In this document: positions 1 through 10,718 of the stretch, piece after piece
How the letters are laid out: every line of letters begins with the position of its first letter
Numbering within the stretch: the stretch's first letter is position 1
Source: a virus
Lineage: Duplodnaviria > Caudoviricetes
Direction: 5' to 3' (one strand)
Length of the DNA stretch: 64,000 bases
Virus record (IMG/VR): IMGVR_UViG_3300028048_000040
Location: 96,001 to 160,000 of that record
Notes under the pieces: model-generated
Seen by the model: the letters and a program-made list of their open reading frames with translations, nothing else
What the model was told of the DNA's origin: nothing
Databases searched by the model: none
Program-made: the position numbers and the translations under genes

Positions 1-2
1 AT

Positions 3-302
3 ATTACTATACCTAAAGCACTTACTCCAGTAGATCCATTTGAGATCACAGTAGAAGCTGCAAATCCATTCAAACCTATAGAAGAGATAGAGGAGTATAT
101 CAATAAGACTTATCTAGGAACTCAACAAGCAGCAGAAGATTTCCAGCTACTATATAAAGTAACTGAGTATTCCTATTGGCCAGTAGATTTTAGTATAGAC
201 AACAACTATCATATTCATATTAAGAAGAGTGAAGTATATTTAGGAGCTACATTGTATGCTTGTACGAATAAACAGTTCTTGTATGGTAAATATGTGATAT
301 AA
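3..302 (+). CDS. 3' end of a structural protein gene (partial, starts before the window)
   Basis: Open frame from 3 to TAA at 300-302 (ITIPKALTPVDPF...QFLYGKYVI), followed by SD AGGAGGT of the next gene. Confidence 0.75.
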   Translation: MTIPKALTPVDPFEITVEAANPFKPIEEIEEYINKTYLGTQQAAEDFQLLYKVTEYSYWPVDFSIDNNYHIHIKKSEVYLGATLYACTNKQFLYGKYVI

Positions 303-314
303 GGAGGTGAGATA

Positions 315-3098
315 ATGGCATCTGTATTTGAATGGTTTGAAATAACAAATGTTACTTTTGATAAAATAGGCACTTTAGAATTTACAGAGAATGCTGAACA
401 AATATATCCTATACAACGACCAGATATAGGTTTTTGGAGATTTATTTCATCTCACGATTCATTAACCAAATCAGATATAGAACAAATGGCTATTATTAAT
501 TCTAGTAATAATCTAGAATTGAAATTTATAGATAAACCTAAAACAAGTTCTCTTACTAATAATAGTGGATTAGGTTTGATACTAAATTATTTTTCTGGAC
601 AACAATATGCTTGGAATTGGCATGTATTAGAATCATTATCTCATACTTATAAATACGAATTTACATTTAAAAGACCAGATAATGATGCTTTAATATTTAC
701 TTTTGGACCATCAGCATTTGATAGCAAAAATTCAAATTATGGATATCAAATTACTGCATTAACATTGTATTTCAAAAACAATAGATTTTATCTATATTTA
801 GCTCAAACTAGAACAGATCTTGGTGGTGTAACACCACCATATGTATTTATTAGTCAAATAAATAATTCAGACGTAAGTGCTGGAACTTATCATACGTTTA
901 GATTAGAACAAAATTATCCTTTTGGTGGAACAGACATAACAGTTTATTTTGATGATGTAAAAGTAATTTCACTTATAGCAGAAGATTCTGATGGGCCTGG
1001 AAATCCTGATAAATATAACTACAAACTAAATGGTGATAAAGCTAATCCAATATATTATTATGACCGTTGGTCTAAAACTATTAAAAGTGAAAATGACAAT
1101 GATAGCACTACTGTATTTCCATTTTTTTATTGGGGAACATCCCCATACTCTTTATCATGGTATTCTGCTAATACTTGGAATTATAATGATTGGGGATATA
1201 CGTTAAGTTTAAATGTAAATGTAATGGATACAATTGGAGATGCATCATCTCCAAGAAGAACAGATTATATATCATATATTAAAGATCCATTACCTGCTCA
1301 AAATAATTTAAATTTATCATTTCCATTAAATCCTGGAAATAAAATAGAACTTAAAAATATAAAAATTTCTGCCAAAATTTTAAAAACTGATTTTGAGTAT
1401 AATTTTCCAATATCTATAGATGTAAAAAATACAGAAGAGTTTACTAAAGATCTATTCCCAATAAATATTGAAGTTCCATTAAATGAATATAAAGAAGATT
1501 TATTCACAATCACAGTTCCAGTAAAAGATGATTTCTCAGCTTCTTTATTAGATCCTATAAATATAGAAGTTCAATTAGATAAATCAGAAACAGATTTATT
1601 CAATATAACGCTAGATGTAGATGCACCAGTATATCAATTAGAACTAGGACCAGAATTTGTATCTGGGTGGGATGATAGAAAATACTTAGTATTTAGAAAT
1701 GGTCATCTACTTCCTAAACAGACTTACAATATCATCATTCCTTCTCACCACAATAATTATCTTAAGAAGATTTTGTATTCAACTGTAGGATTTAGTAAAG
1801 GAGATAGAATAGAAGTATTCTATATAGAGAATCAAGAGAATTTTGCTAATGTTCCTTTTAATAGAGAAACTAGGGTTGCTAGTTATATTTACTATGCTAA
1901 GTCTAATAATCAAAAGCTTATTAAGATTCCATATCCTAATTCTTCTTATAGAAGATCTAAAGACTCATTCTATCTATTCAATGATAAAGGAGAACATCTA
2001 GACTGTAGATTTGACTATACTGTATCTGCAGATGGAAGATATGTTACTCTTGCAGATCATGCTAAATTGAAAGTGATGATGTTAGACTATGTAGTATTTA
2101 CATTCTGCTATATTCAAAATAGATCTATTGATGGTCAAGAACAAGAAACAGATATGTTCGATACAGTAAATCTAGCAGAGATAGAATATGAGTATTCTTA
2201 TTCAGTAGAGAATATAGATGATACTAGTGGAACTGTAGTATTCTCTCCACCATTTGATAAATGGACAAATAATACTAAAGAGAACTTTATGCTATTCGGA
2301 AACTCTGTATATATAGATCCAGAGAGATATGAGATTATAGATAACTCTACTATACAGTTTGTAGATCCTGAAGAAGCTGAAGTAGCAAATTCTAGAAGAT
2401 ATACAATGTGTATTCCAGTTCATCAAACTAAATTAGCTCTTAGTGCAGATACTCAAATACATTATGAGGTTGTAAGAGTAATTGCTACTAAAGATAAGCA
2501 GTCTGTATTTACTCTAGAGCTTCCTGATAATAGTACTTATTGGTATCCATTCCTACTATTCAAAGGATCTATACTCTTAGACGTATATGATCAATATGAA
2601 TTTGAAGATACTACTGGTATATTAACTATAACAGATCCTGAATGCTATGTATCTGAAGGAAGAGCTTTAACTATAGTATATCTAAATAAATCATACACTG
2701 ATATCAAGAAAGAGATTAAGTATGTTAAGATGGAATTTAATGTAACTCCTACTGGAATGACAGAGATTCCTCTATATCTATATAGGAATAAAGATATTAA
2801 ATTCAATAGCTCAAATCTACTATTATTTGTCAATGGAGTATTCATAGAACCAGAAAGATATACAATCGAACCAGATAACTGGATTAAGTTTAATTCTATT
2901 CCAGAAATTGCTGGATATGATGAACCTTATGAAGATAAATCTTTCACTGGTATATATATAATGGCCTATGAAGATCCAGATTCAAATTCAGATGGATTTG
3001 ATGATTTATATGGTCAGAAAGAAGTAGATCCTTCTGAAGATAATGATAAGACTAGATTTGATGAGCTATATTCTAGAGTAGAAAGAAAGCCTGAATAA
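315..3098 (+). CDS. Virion structural protein (baseplate/tail-associated, repeated beta modules)
   Basis: 927 aa, strong SD; repeated 'LVFRNGHLL', 'LLFVNGVFIEPERY', 'LFGNSVYIDPERY' modules of the type seen in jumbo-phage baseplate proteins; structural-operon context. Confidence 0.6.
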   Translation: MASVFEWFEITNVTFDKIGTLEFTENAEQIYPIQRPDIGFWRFISSHDSLTKSDIEQMAIINSSNNLELKFIDKPKTSSLTNNSGLGLILNYFSGQQYAWNWHVLESLSHTYKYEFTFKRPDNDALIFTFGPSAFDSKNSNYGYQITALTLYFKNNRFYLYLAQTRTDLGGVTPPYVFISQINNSDVSAGTYHTFRLEQNYPFGGTDITVYFDDVKVISLIAEDSDGPGNPDKYNYKLNGDKANPIYYYDRWSKTIKSENDNDSTTVFPFFYWGTSPYSLSWYSANTWNYNDWGYTLSLNVNVMDTIGDASSPRRTDYISYIKDPLPAQNNLNLSFPLNPGNKIELKNIKISAKILKTDFEYNFPISIDVKNTEEFTKDLFPINIEVPLNEYKEDLFTITVPVKDDFSASLLDPINIEVQLDKSETDLFNITLDVDAPVYQLELGPEFVSGWDDRKYLVFRNGHLLPKQTYNIIIPSHHNNYLKKILYSTVGFSKGDRIEVFYIENQENFANVPFNRETRVASYIYYAKSNNQKLIKIPYPNSSYRRSKDSFYLFNDKGEHLDCRFDYTVSADGRYVTLADHAKLKVMMLDYVVFTFCYIQNRSIDGQEQETDMFDTVNLAEIEYEYSYSVENIDDTSGTVVFSPPFDKWTNNTKENFMLFGNSVYIDPERYEIIDNSTIQFVDPEEAEVANSRRYTMCIPVHQTKLALSADTQIHYEVVRVIATKDKQSVFTLELPDNSTYWYPFLLFKGSILLDVYDQYEFEDTTGILTITDPECYVSEGRALTIVYLNKSYTDIKKEIKYVKMEFNVTPTGMTEIPLYLYRNKDIKFNSSNLLLFVNGVFIEPERYTIEPDNWIKFNSIPEIAGYDEPYEDKSFTGIYIMAYEDPDSNSDGFDDLYGQKEVDPSEDNDKTRFDELYSRVERKPE

Positions 3099-3116
3099 AG
3101 GAGGTGAATCTTATAA

Positions 3117-5051
3117 ATGGATGCTAAAGAAGATTTATTTGGTTGGTTTGATGTGAAAAGTTATGATGGCTCTTCTGATTTGAATGCTAGTTTAAATGTA
3201 GCTGCTGTTTCTGGCAAAGATATTTCTGGTACTTTAAAAGTAGCAATATATCACACAAAAACTGATCTTAATGGTAGTATTAATATTAATACCACCACTC
3301 CAGAACCTGCAGAATTAGAAGGTTCTATGGAAGTAAGTGAACGAGCTTATCTACCAGGAACTATCAATATCATAGGAAATATTAGAGAAGAATTATTAAC
3401 TAAAGTAATAGTTCCTTTGCCAAATGAAGATCTAAATGGTACTGTAACTATAAGGTGCAATACTACAAAAGATATCAATATCACAATGACAGTTCCTCAT
3501 CTAGAAATGGATATACCAGGATCTATAGTCATTGAGAGAGACGATACATATGATATTCCTATCAATGTAAGAGTACCAGAGAACGTCAAACCAGCTGCAT
3601 ATGAACCAATAGTAGGTAGTCTTATTATAAAGATACCATTCCCATACACTCAGTTTACTGATACAGAATTCTTCTTAACAGAATCTAAAACTAATCTATT
3701 TATTCCTCAGAGATATTATGAGAGATATGATGAGTATCATTTGCTCCTTTCTGATGAATTAGGATTGCAAGAAGATGATGAAATAAGATTCACTTTCTGT
3801 CACAATGATGCTAAGTTCCATATACAAAAGATGGAATTTTATTTTAAAGCAAATGGTAATGCTTCTTATTACTATCTAGATCTAATTATTCCATACAAGA
3901 AGAGAATAGAAAACACTAATTTAGCGTTAAAAGTCTTTGTCAATAGAAGAGAAATAGTTCTAAACAAAGATTATATGATAGATAACGAAACTGGTATATT
4001 AGAATTCATTAATGATGATCTAGCTCAATCACCAAATGATAGAATAGATATCTTATGTTTCTATACTGGTATAGATGATACTGCTGTAGCAGATCTTCCT
4101 ATGAGTGGTTATATCTATTTAAAGAGAAATATGATAGATAGAAATTACAATAATAATCTAATGGCCACATTTATAAATGGTAAACTGATTCCTAGAGATA
4201 AGATACTTCATATCTCTAATAATATCTATAAGATCAAAGAAGATATCAAAACAAGACATGACCTGCAGATCCTTAATATGAGTAATCGTATAGATTGTAT
4301 GGTTCCATTCTATAAACAAGCCACTCAATATCCTCCACTTGATAAGTATTCTTTCTATCCTCCAAGTGTAAATATATATGATGAAGATATCAAATATATG
4401 GAAGCTGTTATGCCTATAACTATTACAGTTCCCGAATTAGAAACATTTGGAAGACAGAAGATAACTATATATCAAAATCCAGTATATTTCTCTCCAGAAT
4501 TCTTATTAGAGAATAAGGATAAATATATTTCGTTCATTCATCATGCTTCTTCTGAAGATATTCAATATGAACTATTATTCTATGAGAATGATACTATAAC
4601 ATATCCTACAAACAAAATGAAAGTTACACTAGAACTTCATATTAAGACACCATTTGAAGAGACTAAAGAAGAATCAAGATCCACTATCCTATTACTAACT
4701 TTCCCATATAGAATTACTGCTATATATGAAGATTATTGCTATGCTTGTCTGCAAATCAAACAGATTATCAATCTAGATATATGGAATAATAATTTCCTAG
4801 AATCTTGTGATGGAATCACTCTAAGAATAGAACCAAATAGAACTTATCAAGATCAACCTTCTGAAGTATATTTCCATATGTGGTGTAATAAATTTGAAAA
4901 TTTCGAGAATGAACAAATAACCGTATTTGAGTATAGAATAACTGACAAATATGATGGTCTTGGCAATATTTCTTATAGTAAATTCTTATCCTTCAATCCA
5001 GAAGAAACTGTAAAGGATGCTATAAGAGCAGAAGAAAATAACAAAGTATAA
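3117..5051 (+). CDS. Virion structural protein, same module family as the upstream gene
   Basis: 644 aa; 'KVFVNRREI..DY', 'TFINGKLI' modules; N-terminal D-L/I-x-G-x-L/I-x-V beta repeats. Confidence 0.55.
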   Translation: MDAKEDLFGWFDVKSYDGSSDLNASLNVAAVSGKDISGTLKVAIYHTKTDLNGSININTTTPEPAELEGSMEVSERAYLPGTINIIGNIREELLTKVIVPLPNEDLNGTVTIRCNTTKDINITMTVPHLEMDIPGSIVIERDDTYDIPINVRVPENVKPAAYEPIVGSLIIKIPFPYTQFTDTEFFLTESKTNLFIPQRYYERYDEYHLLLSDELGLQEDDEIRFTFCHNDAKFHIQKMEFYFKANGNASYYYLDLIIPYKKRIENTNLALKVFVNRREIVLNKDYMIDNETGILEFINDDLAQSPNDRIDILCFYTGIDDTAVADLPMSGYIYLKRNMIDRNYNNNLMATFINGKLIPRDKILHISNNIYKIKEDIKTRHDLQILNMSNRIDCMVPFYKQATQYPPLDKYSFYPPSVNIYDEDIKYMEAVMPITITVPELETFGRQKITIYQNPVYFSPEFLLENKDKYISFIHHASSEDIQYELLFYENDTITYPTNKMKVTLELHIKTPFEETKEESRSTILLLTFPYRITAIYEDYCYACLQIKQIINLDIWNNNFLESCDGITLRIEPNRTYQDQPSEVYFHMWCNKFENFENEQITVFEYRITDKYDGLGNISYSKFLSFNPEETVKDAIRAEENNKV

Positions 5052-5068
5052 CAGAGGGGGTGTTTTAA

Positions 5069-5461
5069 ATGGCTAAACCTGTAGTAGACCCAGATACTGG
5101 TGTCATAAATTTCCCTAATATTGTTTTCAACAATACAAATTGTTTCATGAGAAATTTATCTAAGTCTCTTTCTGATATGCAAGAAATAGGTTCTAAAAAT
5201 ATACCATTTAAAATGATGGTAATTGGTACCAACTCTGCTATCAATTTAAATATCAAACCAACTACAGATGATCCAAATTATTCTAATATAGAATTAAAGA
5301 ATGCAGCAGAAGATCCAACTTATACAATGAGTGGATATGAAAGAAAAGAAGATACTTATCTAAATTCTACTGTGTATCTTATGCTTCAAAATGGTTGGAC
5401 TGAAAATAGAATCTATGATTCTCAGAATAATATTATGTGTTCTCTCTTGTTAGGTGGTTGA
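5069..5461 (+). CDS. Hypothetical protein (structural operon)
   Basis: 130 aa with SD GAGGGGGTG, tight packing. Confidence 0.7.
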   Translation: MAKPVVDPDTGVINFPNIVFNNTNCFMRNLSKSLSDMQEIGSKNIPFKMMVIGTNSAINLNIKPTTDDPNYSNIELKNAAEDPTYTMSGYERKEDTYLNSTVYLMLQNGWTENRIYDSQNNIMCSLLLGG

Positions 5462-5467
5462 TAGTAT

Positions 5468-6406
5468 ATGCAATCTCCTAGAAAATATTATAGTGCTTTA
5501 ACATTCAAAGATGATCCCAATCCAATTATAGATGTTAGACCTACAAATGAATGGGACGTTCATGGTACATGTGACTTTACTCATCAATCTCAATTTAGAG
5601 ATCTAAAGAGCTTTACTTGTTTCACTTATACATTAAACTCTGAAGGCTATATAGATTCTTCTAATCTAGAAACATCAGATACTGGAGAATATTGTCTATC
5701 ATTCTGGTTTAAAGCAGAGAAAGAAATATTTAATGTATATTATCATCTTAATCTAATGAAAGCTGCTCCATTAATTTCATGGGATAATGGATATATAACA
5801 GCATATGATGTTCTTAATGGTCTAATACCAGAAACCAGCACATATGCTATTACTATTCAAGATAATGATGATTATATTCAATTACCGTATCCTTTAGAAG
5901 ATCATATGGGAGAATGGATTCATTTTATGATAAATAAAGATGGTAATGGATATACCAGAGTCTTTATAAATGGTATTAAGTATTTAGAAACTCCAAAATT
6001 TGATTTTGGTGGAAACTTTGATAATGTTAAAATAGGAAATACAGATACTACTGGTATATCTTATCCATCTGATATTGATATTAGTATAGACGAGATAGTA
6101 TTTTGTAATTCTTGTATGACTTTAGATCATTTCTTTCCTTATCCTAAATACTTATATGGGTTCTATCCTCCAGTAGAAATAAAAGAAGTTAATACAAGAA
6201 ATCTTCCATGTGGTCATACTAAATATGATAATGTGAATGATGCTGTTCTTATAACTAGACCAATATATTATCATCCTCCTCTTGGATGGGAAGATGATAT
6301 GATTACTAAATATAGATTTGATAGAGAAGAACCATTTGCTACATCATATTTTGATAAATGGATGGGTAATAGAACTCGTCCTGGACATGAGTATAAGAAA
6401 AAATAA
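5468..6406 (+). CDS. LamG/concanavalin-A-like domain protein
   Basis: 'YCLSFWFK', 'WIHFMINKDG..TRVFING', 'SIDEIVF' match the LamG-like pattern. Confidence 0.7.
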   Translation: MQSPRKYYSALTFKDDPNPIIDVRPTNEWDVHGTCDFTHQSQFRDLKSFTCFTYTLNSEGYIDSSNLETSDTGEYCLSFWFKAEKEIFNVYYHLNLMKAAPLISWDNGYITAYDVLNGLIPETSTYAITIQDNDDYIQLPYPLEDHMGEWIHFMINKDGNGYTRVFINGIKYLETPKFDFGGNFDNVKIGNTDTTGISYPSDIDISIDEIVFCNSCMTLDHFFPYPKYLYGFYPPVEIKEVNTRNLPCGHTKYDNVNDAVLITRPIYYHPPLGWEDDMITKYRFDREEPFATSYFDKWMGNRTRPGHEYKKK

Positions 6407-6410
6407 CTAG

Positions 6411-6439
6411 ATAAGAGTACGTGTATCACGTACTCTTAT
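6411..6439 (+). terminator. Intrinsic terminator
   Basis: ATAAGAGTACGTG-TAT-CACGTACTCTTAT plus T-tract. Confidence 0.8.
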
Positions 6440-6470
6440 TTTATTGATATAGAAAGAAGAGTGAGAGAGC

Positions 6471-8090
6471 ATGAATTATAATTATGAAGGAAAGGTAACA
6501 TGGCATGATTTATCTCGTCCTATTCAAGAACTATTAAAAGGATATCAAGATAAGATAAACAATGTTGCTAAATCTGTAGAAGATCTTAAAGCTTATATGG
6601 AAGATAAGCTTAATAATGAGATTAATAAGCTTAAAGATGATCAAGCTAATCTAGAAGGTTTATTGGAACAAGAAAAACAAGAACGTATGACTAAAGACCA
6701 AGAATTAGAAGATTTAATATCTCAATTTGCTAGTTCTAATCTAGGTCTAGAAGGTGCTAAAGGTCAAGTAGTAAGAACCAATGCTACTGGTAAACCATTA
6801 TATGCAGATGATCATTTCTTTGTATTAAGGGCAACAGCTTCTGATGAAGGTGTAGGAGTTTTAAAAGGAATAACTCCTATTACATTAGAAGATGTATTTA
6901 ATAATTGGGAACGTAATGCGTATATGGCAGATAAAGGAGCAGGTTCTGGTGGTACTAATGATACTGCTAGTGCTAAAAGTAAATGGAGCTATGATGCTGG
7001 AGTAAAAGGTATAAGAAATAATGGTAACTGGAATGCTGTTGGCTCATTTGGTTCTGTTTTAAAATACGATAATTTTTGGATTAAGATGTCTATGAATTCT
7101 ATGACTGGCAATGATGATGACGTTATTGGCTTCTATCCAGCATATGTATCAGCAGAAGATTCTCCCGATGGTCAAATTCATAATATTGCTGCTATTAGAA
7201 TTGGTAATATTGCCCATCAATGGAATTATTATCCAGGAAACTTTGTATTAGTATATGACTTTGGTTTGAGTACTGAAATTGTATTAGCATATGTAGATAG
7301 AACTATTATGCCAGATACTATGTGGAAATCTAATTATTATACTTCTCTTTATGTATATCGTAAAGGTGGTACTATTAAAGCATGGTCTAATAATCCTCAA
7401 ACTAATAGAACTCAAACGTATTTAGAAGATCCTGGAGAATATATAGAATGGTCCCTTCCTAAAACTAATCCTGGTTGGAGTACAGCTTCCTATGACATTA
7501 TGAAACAAATGCTTGATGGTATTTGTAAAGTAGGTTTTATGACTTGCTCTAATGATTGTCGTTTTTATTTAGATGATCAAAAACACTTATTTGAAGATCC
7601 TACAATATATGATATCAATAAAGGTGTCATATATGAATATGATATGGAAAATGGTGTTTATAAAGCAGCTGCCGATATGGGAGAAGAAGAAATACCATGG
7701 AGATCATTGCTATATAACCCATTAACTGAAGAACTATTCTGGTATAAATATCCTGGAGACTATACTAAAGTAAAAATAGGTGGTGGTAGTTCAAGCTCTG
7801 GATCATCTAATGGTGGAGTAGGATTCCCTGATTGGAATAATCAAACAACTATGACACATAATGTTGAAAATACTATTGATGAAAATGGTTGGATACTTTG
7901 GATAAATAGATTGACTACTAATACTAATGGAAATTTATATATTAATGGTACGCAGGTTACATTTTTAGCAAATCAAGCAACAAATATGTATACTTCTGAA
8001 TCAACAGTATTTGTTCCAGTAAAAGTTGGAGATGTGGTAAGATCAGTAGGACAATCTCCAACAACATTTATATTTATGCCATTTATATAA
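6471..8090 (+). CDS. Tail fibre / receptor-binding protein paralogue 1
   Basis: Shared N-terminal 'KVTWHDLS..IQE' anchor plus coiled coil, 'GQVVRT...LYADDHF' and 'PWRSLLYNP' motifs; C-terminal 'FPDWN...VPVKVGD' fibre-tip-like module. Confidence 0.65.
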   Translation: MNYNYEGKVTWHDLSRPIQELLKGYQDKINNVAKSVEDLKAYMEDKLNNEINKLKDDQANLEGLLEQEKQERMTKDQELEDLISQFASSNLGLEGAKGQVVRTNATGKPLYADDHFFVLRATASDEGVGVLKGITPITLEDVFNNWERNAYMADKGAGSGGTNDTASAKSKWSYDAGVKGIRNNGNWNAVGSFGSVLKYDNFWIKMSMNSMTGNDDDVIGFYPAYVSAEDSPDGQIHNIAAIRIGNIAHQWNYYPGNFVLVYDFGLSTEIVLAYVDRTIMPDTMWKSNYYTSLYVYRKGGTIKAWSNNPQTNRTQTYLEDPGEYIEWSLPKTNPGWSTASYDIMKQMLDGICKVGFMTCSNDCRFYLDDQKHLFEDPTIYDINKGVIYEYDMENGVYKAAADMGEEEIPWRSLLYNPLTEELFWYKYPGDYTKVKIGGGSSSSGSSNGGVGFPDWNNQTTMTHNVENTIDENGWILWINRLTTNTNGNLYINGTQVTFLANQATNMYTSESTVFVPVKVGDVVRSVGQSPTTFIFMPFI

Positions 8091-8125
8091 AATAAACTCT
8101 AGACCTTTTTGGTCTAGAGTTTATT
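8091..8125 (+). terminator. Intrinsic terminator
   Basis: AATAAACTCTAGACC-TTTTT-GGTCTAGAGTTTATT. Confidence 0.8.
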
Positions 8126-8142
8126 TTCTTAGTACAGCTAGC

Positions 8143-8153
8143 ACATCTATATA
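8143..8153 (+). promoter_or_regulatory. Late-type promoter motif ACA-N6-TA
   Basis: ACA-TCTATA-TA between terminator and phoH; same motif before many operons. Confidence 0.5.
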
Positions 8154-8193
8154 AAGGTATAGGTCTCTTTCTATTATTTTTTTTAAAAGGGAT

Positions 8194-8910
8194 GTGTTTT
8201 ATATGAGTAATACGAATACCTCCGGTGTTGATTTCATCAGCAAAGAAATTGAGAATCTGAAAAAGAAATTAGATGGAACACAATTAAAGCTTTACAATTC
8301 TATGATTGATAATTTAGTCACTTGTTGTAATGCTAAAGCAGGCACTGGAAAAACTACCGTAGCTACCATGGCAGCATTTGATTTGCTGCAAAAAGGAATC
8401 GTTACAAAAATTTATTACGTTCGTTTCCCAGATCAACTTATGCAGTCTCTTGGCGCGCTCCCTGGCGACATAGACGAAAAAGAAGACTATTATTTCCAAC
8501 CATTCTATCAAGCATGTGAAGAAATTGGTTTGGATAGATATCATTTAGAACGAGATTATGTACCTCAAAATACTGTCAATCTTGAAACTATAATTACTAT
8601 GCGTGGTATTAATATTAAGAATGCTGCTGTTATTGTAGATGAAACACAGAATGCTTCTTTTAAAGATCTAAAGCTATTACTTACTAGATTACATGATGAT
8701 TGCCATGTTGCTTTGATTGGTCATACTGCTCAGATTGACAATCATAACTGTGTAAAAGAGAAAGCATTCATTCATTATATTGAGCACTTCTGCAATAACA
8801 AACAATGGGCACAAAGAGTAGATCTAAAAAAGAATTATAGAGGCAAGATCAGTGCATTTGCAGATGCATTGTATTTAGATGATAATGGAAAACCATTCGT
8901 TGTAGAATAA
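8194..8910 (+). CDS. phoH: PhoH family ATPase (start may be 8203)
   Basis: Walker A 'AKAGTGKT', 'LGALPGDIDEK', 'MRG', 'IVDETQN', 'LTRL', 'G..AQID'. Confidence 0.92.
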   Translation: MFYMSNTNTSGVDFISKEIENLKKKLDGTQLKLYNSMIDNLVTCCNAKAGTGKTTVATMAAFDLLQKGIVTKIYYVRFPDQLMQSLGALPGDIDEKEDYYFQPFYQACEEIGLDRYHLERDYVPQNTVNLETIITMRGINIKNAAVIVDETQNASFKDLKLLLTRLHDDCHVALIGHTAQIDNHNCVKEKAFIHYIEHFCNNKQWAQRVDLKKNYRGKISAFADALYLDDNGKPFVVE

Positions 8911-8914
8911 AAAA

Positions 8915-8941
8915 TGAGGAGTCCTGTAATGGGACTCCTCA
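8915..8941. terminator. Bidirectional terminator between convergent genes
   Basis: TGAGGAGTCC-N7-GGACTCCTCA. Confidence 0.7.
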
Positions 8942-8955
8942 ATTGTGCTGGCATA

Positions 8956-9270
8956 TTATTTGCCAGTCTTTACATCAGTGATGATGTTGTTTACGATATT
9001 CCAGCTTATAACCTTATGAGAGAGAATGCGACTACGTATCTCCTCATATTCAGATCTGCTGATATCTACTTCAAAAGTGTCAGAAAGAGAAATCACCTTA
9101 TTTCCGAATTTTCCTTTTTTGGGAAGGGCAGGAGTGAATTTGAATTCGATATTCAATCCTTTCTGGTCATAGTTATAACGACCAAGCTTACATGCATACG
9201 CATGTTTTTGGTCTCTTTCAGAATTGAAGGTAACCTGATCAGAAGTGTGGTCATAAGTAATAATAAACAT
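8956..9270 (-). CDS. Hypothetical early protein
   Basis: 104 aa, SD AAAGGAGGA, early-type motif upstream. Confidence 0.8.
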   Translation of the reverse strand: MFIITYDHTSDQVTFNSERDQKHAYACKLGRYNYDQKGLNIEFKFTPALPKKGKFGNKVISLSDTFEVDISRSEYEEIRSRILSHKVISWNIVNNIITDVKTGK

Positions 9271-9330
9271 GATAAAGTCCTCCTTTATTATTATTATGCT
9301 ATACCTAATCTCTGATATAGCTTCACTTTA

Positions 9331-9394
9331 TCACTGCTATAATATACAAATATAAATATTTAAATTTTCAAATAGTTATATACTATATACATGA
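9331..9394. promoter_or_regulatory. Divergent pair of early-type promoters TATAYTAT-N5-TGA (9331-9346 minus; 9379-9394 plus)
   Basis: TATATTAT-AGCAG-TGA and TATACTAT-ATACA-TGA. Confidence 0.7.
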
Positions 9395-9458
9395 GTTAAC
9401 GTTAGGAAACATACAATTCTATTCTAAACTCAATTTATTTAAAGGAGGACTATTAATA

Positions 9459-9839
9459 GTGGTTCAGGAAGTTGATTATGAAGAAGAAGATGAGAGAAAG
9501 AAGTGGAATGATATCACACAAGATTATCTTGAACAAGTAGCTCGAAAAACTGAGCTTGCTTTTGAAGAAGAATATGAGGAGGGATTAAATACTTATTTCG
9601 TAAAAGACATTGTCATTACGGAAACTAGCAGAGAAAAGAAAAAGAAAGAAAGTGCTGTATTCAGAATTGAATTTAAAATTGAAGTCGGTCCTGAATATGG
9701 TGAAGAAACAAAAGAATGTTGTACTAATGTAATTTCACCAGTAGAGTATGATTCTACTAATATTACCTTATTCGAAGATAAGGTATATGATGCTATCATG
9801 GAAACTATTGGTGAAGAATTGGAGGATGATGTAAAATGA
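9459..9839 (+). CDS. Highly acidic early protein
   Basis: 126 aa, SD AAGGAGG, E/D-rich. Confidence 0.8.
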   Translation: MVQEVDYEEEDERKKWNDITQDYLEQVARKTELAFEEEYEEGLNTYFVKDIVITETSREKKKKESAVFRIEFKIEVGPEYGEETKECCTNVISPVEYDSTNITLFEDKVYDAIMETIGEELEDDVK

Positions 9840-10129
9840 AACTGACTGAAGAATTGCTGGAAACCATTGGAGAAGAAGTAGAAGACGATTTGGAATTGTA
9901 TTATGAGCAAGATAATTTCGAGCTCAATAGTTCTATCTCTCCAAGAATTGCTAAATATGAAGACGACACTTTCACAATTAATATTGGTATTGATTGGACC
10001 AATACTGATACAGGTGAATCATATGAGGAACTTTATCAAATGCAAGACTTTACAGAAGATGATATTCCTGATCTTAAAGAAAAGATGGTAGAAACTATCT
10101 TGGATAATATCCGTGGTAAATTTGACTAA
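9836..10129 (+). CDS. Highly acidic early protein related to the upstream gene
   Basis: 97 aa, ATGA overlap; 'ETIGEEVEDD' vs 'ETIGEELEDD'. Confidence 0.8.
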   Translation: MKLTEELLETIGEEVEDDLELYYEQDNFELNSSISPRIAKYEDDTFTINIGIDWTNTDTGESYEELYQMQDFTEDDIPDLKEKMVETILDNIRGKFD

Positions 10130-10150
10130 TAAGGAGTAATCCTTAACTTT

Positions 10151-10186
10151 ATAGAATACTACCGTTATGGTAGTATTCTATTTTTT
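10151..10186 (+). terminator. Intrinsic terminator
   Basis: ATAGAATACTACC-GTTAT-GGTAGTATTCTAT plus T-tract. Confidence 0.8.
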
Positions 10187-10236
10187 GTCAAACTTTTATA
10201 TAAGATTCTTTTTCAATTATAAGGAGGGTACACATT

Positions 10237-10533
10237 ATGATCACGAAGAACACCTACATTATCGTTTATGACAATTATGATTCTGTAAAAAAGGAGTATC
10301 GAGAAAAAGATCGTATCTTTGCTGCTACAGCTTTTAGTACCTGGGATCTTGTTAAAGCTGCTATGACCAAGATTTCTAATCTATATGATAAAGAACAAAT
10401 CTTTGAGTTTGACTTTGATGATGAGAATGAGTTGTTTACTCTTAAAGTGCATGTATTATATGGATATGATCTGTATTTTAGAGTTAACAGACTTGTTTAT
10501 GAACAAGATTTAGACGGGTTAGAAGTACAATGA
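10237..10533 (+). CDS. Hypothetical protein
   Basis: 98 aa, SD AAGGAGG. Confidence 0.75.
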   Translation: MITKNTYIIVYDNYDSVKKEYREKDRIFAATAFSTWDLVKAAMTKISNLYDKEQIFEFDFDDENELFTLKVHVLYGYDLYFRVNRLVYEQDLDGLEVQ

Positions 10534-10718
10534 CAGAACAAGAAAAGATTAGAGACACGTTTGCAAGATTAGATTTGTTTCTAGCAACTCATTATTCTAC
10601 TGATGAGGATCTTAATCAAAGAATAGAAAACAAAATTAAAGATTTTAAGATAGATGTCTTTAAATATGGGTATGATGAAGCTTGTGAACGAGCATTAAAA
10701 AGAAGGTTCGGAATTTAA
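10530..10718 (+). CDS. Hypothetical protein
   Basis: 62 aa, ATGA coupling. Confidence 0.65.
   Translation: MTEQEKIRDTFARLDLFLATHYSTDEDLNQRIENKIKDFKIDVFKYGYDEACERALKRRFGI

Noticed and set aside
8914-9315. 133-aa plus-strand ORF
   Set aside because: Shadow of 8956..9270(-); starts inside a terminator and lacks an SD.
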